A DNA stretch of 64,000 bases from Spirulina sp. GTDB lineage: Bacteria > Cyanobacteriota > Cyanobacteriia > Phormidesmidales > Phormidesmidaceae. The stretch spans positions 201,945 through 265,944 of the forward strand of contig JBIPSI010000002.1 of NCBI GenBank assembly GCA_044070495.1. Direction: 5' to 3'. Positions 59,416-64,000 of this stretch are shown piece by piece. The notes under the pieces were generated by a model. The model ran no database searches. It saw only the letters and a program-made list of their open reading frames with translations, and was not told where the DNA came from. Numbering within the stretch: position 1 is the stretch's first letter; every line of letters begins with the position of its first letter. A program made the position numbers and the translations under genes.

Positions 59416-60588
59416 TTAGTATTCGGGCACGGAAGGATCGACTTCCTTGCTCCAGGCGAGGATGCCGCCCTTGACGTTGGTGCCTTCGATGCCGTGCTTT
59501 TTCAGGATGCCGAGGGCTGTGGCCGAACGTCCGCCCATTTTGCAATGGACGATCAGCCGATGGCCGTTGAGCAGTTCCTTCACCTGTTCCACACCCTCGC
59601 CGCTTTCGATGTCGGGCAGGGGCACCAGCACCGCACCGGGAATATTGGCGATTTCGTACTCGTTGGGGTTACGTACATCCAGCAGCAGCACGTCCTCGGC
59701 CCCGCTGTCGAGCACCTGCTTCAGGTCGGTGACGGTCATTTCGGGGATGTCGGCCAGTTCCTTTTCCGCCTCGGCCTGGGCCTGGGGAATGCCGCAGAAC
59801 ATTTCGTAGTCGATCAGCTTGTCGATCACCGGGCGCACGGGGTTGGGCCGCAGCTTCAGTTCCCGGAAGGTCATATCCAGGGCGTTGTAGAGCAATAGGC
59901 GACCGCTGAGGGTTTTGCCCGTGCCGAGGATGACCTTGATGGTTTCGTTGGCCTGGATGGTGCCAATAATGCCGGGAAGCACCCCCAGCACGCCGCCTTC
60001 CGCGCAGGAGGGCACCATTCCCGGCGGGGGCGGTTCGGGATAGAGATCGCGGTAGTTGGGGCCATCTTGGTAGTTGAACACCGTGGCCTGACCCTCAAAC
60101 CGGAAGATGGATCCGTAGACGTTGGGCTTGTTTAGCAGCACGCAGGCATCGTTGACCAGGTAGCGGGTTGGGAAGTTGTCGGTGCCGTCTACCACCACAT
60201 CGTAGGGCGCAAAAATGTCGAGGGCATTTTCGGCGCTGAGGCGGGTTTCGTAGAGATCGATCTGGCAGTGGGGGTTGATTTCCAGAATGCGATTCTTGGC
60301 CGATTCAATCTTGGGCTTGCCCACCCAGGATTCGCTGTGGATGATTTGGCGATGCAGGTTGGACTGATCCACCACATCGAAATCGACAATGCCAATGCGG
60401 CCAATGCCAGCGGCGGCCAAATACAGCAGCAGGGGCGACCCTAGCCCGCCCGTGCCCACACAGAGCACGCTGGCAGCCTTGAGTTTCTTTTGCCCCTCTA
60501 GGCCCACCTCCGGCAGAATGATGTGTCGGGAGTAGCGCTCGTACTCCTCTTTGGTGAGTTGGATATCGTCTAGGTTGGGATTGAGCAT
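59416..60588 (-). CDS. moeB: Molybdopterin-synthase adenylyltransferase MoeB with C-terminal rhodanese (MoeZ-type)
   Basis: ERYSRH, VGTGGLGSP, SNLHRQ, DGTDNF, SCAEGGVLG; rhodanese DVRNPNE..HCKMGGRS. Confidence 0.93.
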   Translation of the reverse strand: MLNPNLDDIQLTKEEYERYSRHIILPEVGLEGQKKLKAASVLCVGTGGLGSPLLLYLAAAGIGRIGIVDFDVVDQSNLHRQIIHSESWVGKPKIESAKNRILEINPHCQIDLYETRLSAENALDIFAPYDVVVDGTDNFPTRYLVNDACVLLNKPNVYGSIFRFEGQATVFNYQDGPNYRDLYPEPPPPGMVPSCAEGGVLGVLPGIIGTIQANETIKVILGTGKTLSGRLLLYNALDMTFRELKLRPNPVRPVIDKLIDYEMFCGIPQAQAEAEKELADIPEMTVTDLKQVLDSGAEDVLLLDVRNPNEYEIANIPGAVLVPLPDIESGEGVEQVKELLNGHRLIVHCKMGGRSATALGILKKHGIEGTNVKGGILAWSKEVDPSVPEY

Positions 60589-60684
60589 GGTTTCCAGGGC
60601 GGAAAGGGAAGGGATGACAGCCAAAGACTATCTATAATAGCCAAAACGGTGCGGGGTAATACCGACTTGGCACATCTCTTCAGC

Positions 60685-61302
60685 TTAGGCCAAGACTAGG
60701 GGGTTATTGGCAGATGATCCAAGGATTTTTATGACCTCTGGCTCAAACTGCTGGGCATCGTTAAGTCGCCAGCTTTGCACATCTGCAACTTGCCCCCCAC
60801 GCACCGAGGCAATCAGGTAGGAATACACGGGCCACGCCAGCCGCCGATCACACTCCGAGGGCAGCGCCGGATGGTCGGGGTGAGAATGAAAAATGCCGAT
60901 GATCTCCAAATCCTGATCGCGGGCTTCCTTCTGAATTCGCAGCAGGTCGGCGGGGTCAATCCAGTAGCGGTCGTGCGCCCCGTGGGATGGTGATGGATCG
61001 GGGATGTCACTACCGTTGGGATTGTCCGTCTTGTTACCCGCCCTACCCGGATTGCCCACGCTATCTATGGCCGTATCGTTCAGAAGCCCCGGTTCCCAGG
61101 CATTGGTCACGGGGACAACCTGCACCACCTCGCGATAGGCTTCCTGGGGAGTCGGTGGGGGTGAGCCTCTATCCTGGGAATCCACCGAAACAGGCTCCAA
61201 CACCCGTTTCCCCACCAGCACCCCACAGCCTTCCTGGGGATAGGCGGCTTCCAAAGCTTCCTGTATTCGTTGATACTGAAGTTGAGAAATGTGAAGCACC
61301 AT
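60685..61302 (-). CDS. M67 (JAMM/Mov34/Mec-like) metallopeptidase
   Basis: YPQEGCGVL and FHSHPDHPALPSECD. Confidence 0.9.
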   Translation of the reverse strand: MVLHISQLQYQRIQEALEAAYPQEGCGVLVGKRVLEPVSVDSQDRGSPPPTPQEAYREVVQVVPVTNAWEPGLLNDTAIDSVGNPGRAGNKTDNPNGSDIPDPSPSHGAHDRYWIDPADLLRIQKEARDQDLEIIGIFHSHPDHPALPSECDRRLAWPVYSYLIASVRGGQVADVQSWRLNDAQQFEPEVIKILGSSANNPLVLA

Positions 61303-61316
61303 CGTCGAATCCTCCC

Positions 61317-61589
61317 ATGGCCCAGATCATGCTACCCCAGCCGAAACCCTCCCAAACCTACTGGCAAAGTCTGCGGGATCCCCACTATGCCCCCACAGCG
61401 CTGCGGGTGGCGCTGGTGATTGGCACCTTACTCTTCGCCATTAACCATGGGGCCGCCCTCTGGCAGGGGCAAATGACGCGCCAGCGCTGGTTTTCGGCAG
61501 CATTGACCTATGTGGTGCCCTACTGCGTCAGCATCCATGGGCAGCATAGCCAGCAAGCTAAGTCCGCTGAGCGGAATTCAAAGCGCTGA
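61317..61589 (+). CDS. nrtS: Nitrate/nitrite transporter NrtS family small membrane protein
   Basis: TALRVALVIGTLLFAINHG..RW.S..LTYVVPYCVSIHG; start 61317 or 61329. Confidence 0.8.
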   Translation: MAQIMLPQPKPSQTYWQSLRDPHYAPTALRVALVIGTLLFAINHGAALWQGQMTRQRWFSAALTYVVPYCVSIHGQHSQQAKSAERNSKR

Positions 61590-61625
61590 TTTGATTGACG
61601 GACACGGTGATGAAAGGTTTTGGGT

Positions 61626-61714
61626 GGTGGATTGCTTTGCGAAGGCACCATACCAATAATCCTACAAATTCAAGAGGTCTCTGGATGGTGGATTGCTTCG
61701 CGAATCCACCCTAC
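61626..61714 (-). repeat. Two tandem GTAG-type REP-like palindromes (one degenerate)
   Basis: GGTGGATTGCTTTGCGAAGGCACCATAC and GGTGGATTGCTTCGCGAATCCACCCTAC. Confidence 0.7.
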
Positions 61715-61759
61715 ACATTCAATTTAGAAGTTGGGAAAAACAGGATTTGATACCGAAGA

Positions 61760-62812
61760 TTATGGCCCTATCAAGGGCTGAATGCGCTGGGGTGGCCAGT
61801 AAATTTTGTAGGCTCGGCCCAGCACGGTGGCCTGGGGAATAAAGCCCCAAATGTGGGAGTCGCGGCTGTAGTTGCGGTTGTCGCCCAGCACAAAGAGATG
61901 ATCGGGGGGAACTTGCTGAGGCCCCCAAAAATAAAGCGGCGGCTCGGCGATATAAGGCTCGGCTAGGGCAAATCCATCGACCCACACGAGGCCATCGCGC
62001 ACCTCCACCCATTGCCCCGGTAGCCCGATCACCCGTTTGACGACCAAATCCGCCACTGTGGGATCTAGCAGAACACCCGATGGCGGGGCTTTATCGGGAT
62101 TGCTAAACACCACAATGTCCCCCCGTTGGGGCTGATAGTTGGGGCGTTTGCGGACAAAGATACGGTCATTCACCTCCAGCGTGGGCACCATCGACTCGCT
62201 CGGCACAATGCACTGTTCTACCTGCTGCTGCACCAGCACCGGGGTCAGGCCAATCAACAGTCGCACAGCCACTAGAGCTACCAACAACCCCGCCAGCCAT
62301 TTCCCCTGGCGAGGACGGCGAGAGGCCGAGGTGTAGGTCAGCCCGCAGCCTAAGGCCCAAATTAATGGGGGCAGCGGAATCAGCCAGGGGTGAAAGTTGG
62401 CCAGGGAGGTAATGCTGATGGCGGCTAGAAGCAAGGCTCCGGCCACCCAAATCTGCTGCAAAAAGAGTTGCCCCAAACCGGGCAACACCTGCGAGAGAGC
62501 CACGGGGTACCACGGGTCGGTGGGGCGATAGCGAAGCGGACTCACCTGATCCAGGGTTTGCAGACGGCGGGCCGCGTGGTGACTATCCCATAGGTTAAAC
62601 AGATACAGGGCCGTGAAGGGAATCAGCGTCATCAACCCTCGCAGGGTATTGCCCTGGGGCGCAAACACCGACCATCCCATGAATACCAACAACCCCAGAT
62701 GGGCCGCCGCAATCCCAACCCCTCGGCTCACTGCTCCGTCATAGATTTGCCCCAGCCCTGGTAGCACCGCCGAAAGATTGACCGCTAACCAAGGACTTTT
62801 TTGTAAGGGCAT
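61760..62812 (-). CDS. lepB: Signal peptidase I with extended multi-TM N-terminus
   Basis: VPSESMVPTL (Ser), RGDIVVF, VKRVIGLPG (Lys), GDNRNYSRDSH. Confidence 0.9.
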   Translation of the reverse strand: MPLQKSPWLAVNLSAVLPGLGQIYDGAVSRGVGIAAAHLGLLVFMGWSVFAPQGNTLRGLMTLIPFTALYLFNLWDSHHAARRLQTLDQVSPLRYRPTDPWYPVALSQVLPGLGQLFLQQIWVAGALLLAAISITSLANFHPWLIPLPPLIWALGCGLTYTSASRRPRQGKWLAGLLVALVAVRLLIGLTPVLVQQQVEQCIVPSESMVPTLEVNDRIFVRKRPNYQPQRGDIVVFSNPDKAPPSGVLLDPTVADLVVKRVIGLPGQWVEVRDGLVWVDGFALAEPYIAEPPLYFWGPQQVPPDHLFVLGDNRNYSRDSHIWGFIPQATVLGRAYKIYWPPQRIQPLIGP

Positions 62813-62881
62813 TTAGGGGTAATTACGTCTAGAGAATGCCTGCTGATTATCTGACACAACACTGAAAAGCGCTGATATCTC

Positions 62882-62966
62882 GTAGGTGGGGTAGCGTGAT
62901 AGCGGAACCCAACAAGCCCTAGATTCTCGGTTGTTGTTGGGTTCCGCTTCGCTGCACCCAACCTAC
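62882..62966. repeat. Inverted REP doublet (REPIN-like)
   Basis: GTAGGTGGGG..GCGGAACCCAAC ... GTTGGGTTCCGCTTCGCTGCACCCAACCTAC. Confidence 0.75.
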
Positions 62967-63055
62967 ACTAGAAGTAGGTCAGAAACTCAGGAATGTTAAT
63001 TTTAATTGTGCCATGTTAGTTCGATAAATCCCATCCATCCATCACGCAAAAGAGT

Positions 63056-63820
63056 CTAGCGGGCCGTCAGACCACCATCAATGAGATGCAGACTACCGGT
63101 AATAAAGCTAGCGTCGTCGCTGGCCAAAAAATAAACTAAGTTAGCCACTTCTTCTGGAGTTCCCCAACGACCAATGGGGTGAGCCAAGGCCTCCTGCGCC
63201 CAGGCTTTTTCGGTATCGCCGCCAAAGGATTCCTCGGCCCATCCCTGCATAGCCGTTTCCGATAGCTCGGTACGAATTGTGGCAGGACAAACGGCATTCA
63301 CGCGAATGTTATCGTTGGCGTAGTCAAGGGCTGTACTTTTAGTAAACTGACCAATACCTCCCTTGCTAATGCCGTAGACACAACTGCGATTTTTACCAAT
63401 AAAACATTGATCAGACCCCATCAAAACAATGGATCCACCACCATTTTTAATCATGAATGGTAAAACCGATTTAGTGGTAAATACACAGCCCTTGAGGTTA
63501 ATATTGATCACCCGATCCCAGTCGCTTTCTGAGATTTCTAGTAAACTTTTAGACTGATAAATTCCTGCATTAGCAAACAGAATATTTAGTCTGCCAAAGG
63601 TAGCTATAGTTTGGGCTACGGCTGCATCAATATCAGAAACTTGGGCCACATCTCCTGGAATAAACAATACAGAATCCGCAGGAAATTGGCTTGCCAATTG
63701 TTGCCCAGCATCCTGGTCTATATCCATGAAGGCAACTCGCACACCAGCCTGGGCAAACTTCTGAACGGTGGCGGCACCAATACCCTTGGCTTCACCCGTA
63801 ACAAACGCAACTTTAGTCAT
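63056..63820 (-). CDS. Classical SDR family oxidoreductase
   Basis: TGEAKGIG, ANAG, YGISKGG (YxxxK), IRVNAVCP, ITGSLHLIDGG; start at MTKV (ORF to 63889). Confidence 0.92.
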   Translation of the reverse strand: MTKVAFVTGEAKGIGAATVQKFAQAGVRVAFMDIDQDAGQQLASQFPADSVLFIPGDVAQVSDIDAAVAQTIATFGRLNILFANAGIYQSKSLLEISESDWDRVININLKGCVFTTKSVLPFMIKNGGGSIVLMGSDQCFIGKNRSCVYGISKGGIGQFTKSTALDYANDNIRVNAVCPATIRTELSETAMQGWAEESFGGDTEKAWAQEALAHPIGRWGTPEEVANLVYFLASDDASFITGSLHLIDGGLTAR

Positions 63821-64000
63821 TGTTCTGCTCCTTACGACTGAATCATCTACACCTTCCTGAGAGGATATTTGGAAAGTAGCAATTGGCACAGAGTGACCCG
63901 GAACGCAGAAAAGGCTTCCTGGGTATTAGGCTCAGAGTAACGAACACTGTAGCTCCTTGGAAGCCATGACATCAGAGTATTCCAGCCACCTGACCTGTGA

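Noticed and set aside
60987..61316. N-terminal 110 aa of the 200-aa ORF 60987-61589
   Set aside because: Antisense to the JAMM gene; only the C-terminal NrtS part is credible

Overview
GC-rich cyanobacterial chromosomal segment. Evidence: zwf-opcA, an OCP N-terminal-domain protein, a DevBCA-type exporter, a Uma2 nuclease, NrtS, a Nif11-like peptide and heptamer/GTAG-type repeats. A filamentous Leptolyngbya/Nodosilinea-like host is my inference only. About 57 CDSs, mostly housekeeping, envelope, metabolic and signalling genes (ybaB, nanE, phrA, hisZ, murE, ddl, rhlE, tatA, mobA, trmB, zwf, opcA, rarA, moeB, lepB). I saw no tRNA, rRNA, CRISPR array, prophage or intact transposase. Points of interest: (i) two oppositely oriented heptamer arrays between trmB and mobA that can pair as a long G-U-containing RNA hairpin; (ii) a 152-bp MITE with TTA target duplication at the opcA stop; (iii) decayed toxin-antitoxin loci; (iv) two apparently catalytically dead kinases (a His-to-Gln sensor kinase and a Cys-rich/pseudokinase/TM/PstS-like receptor); (v) a core-less Nif11-like peptide between that receptor and a JAMM-MoeB/rhodanese pair; (vi) a DUF1028-XdhC-dialkylglycine decarboxylase-cupin cluster; (vii) a divergent helical carotenoid protein. 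All family assignments come from motif recognition by eye, not from database searches.
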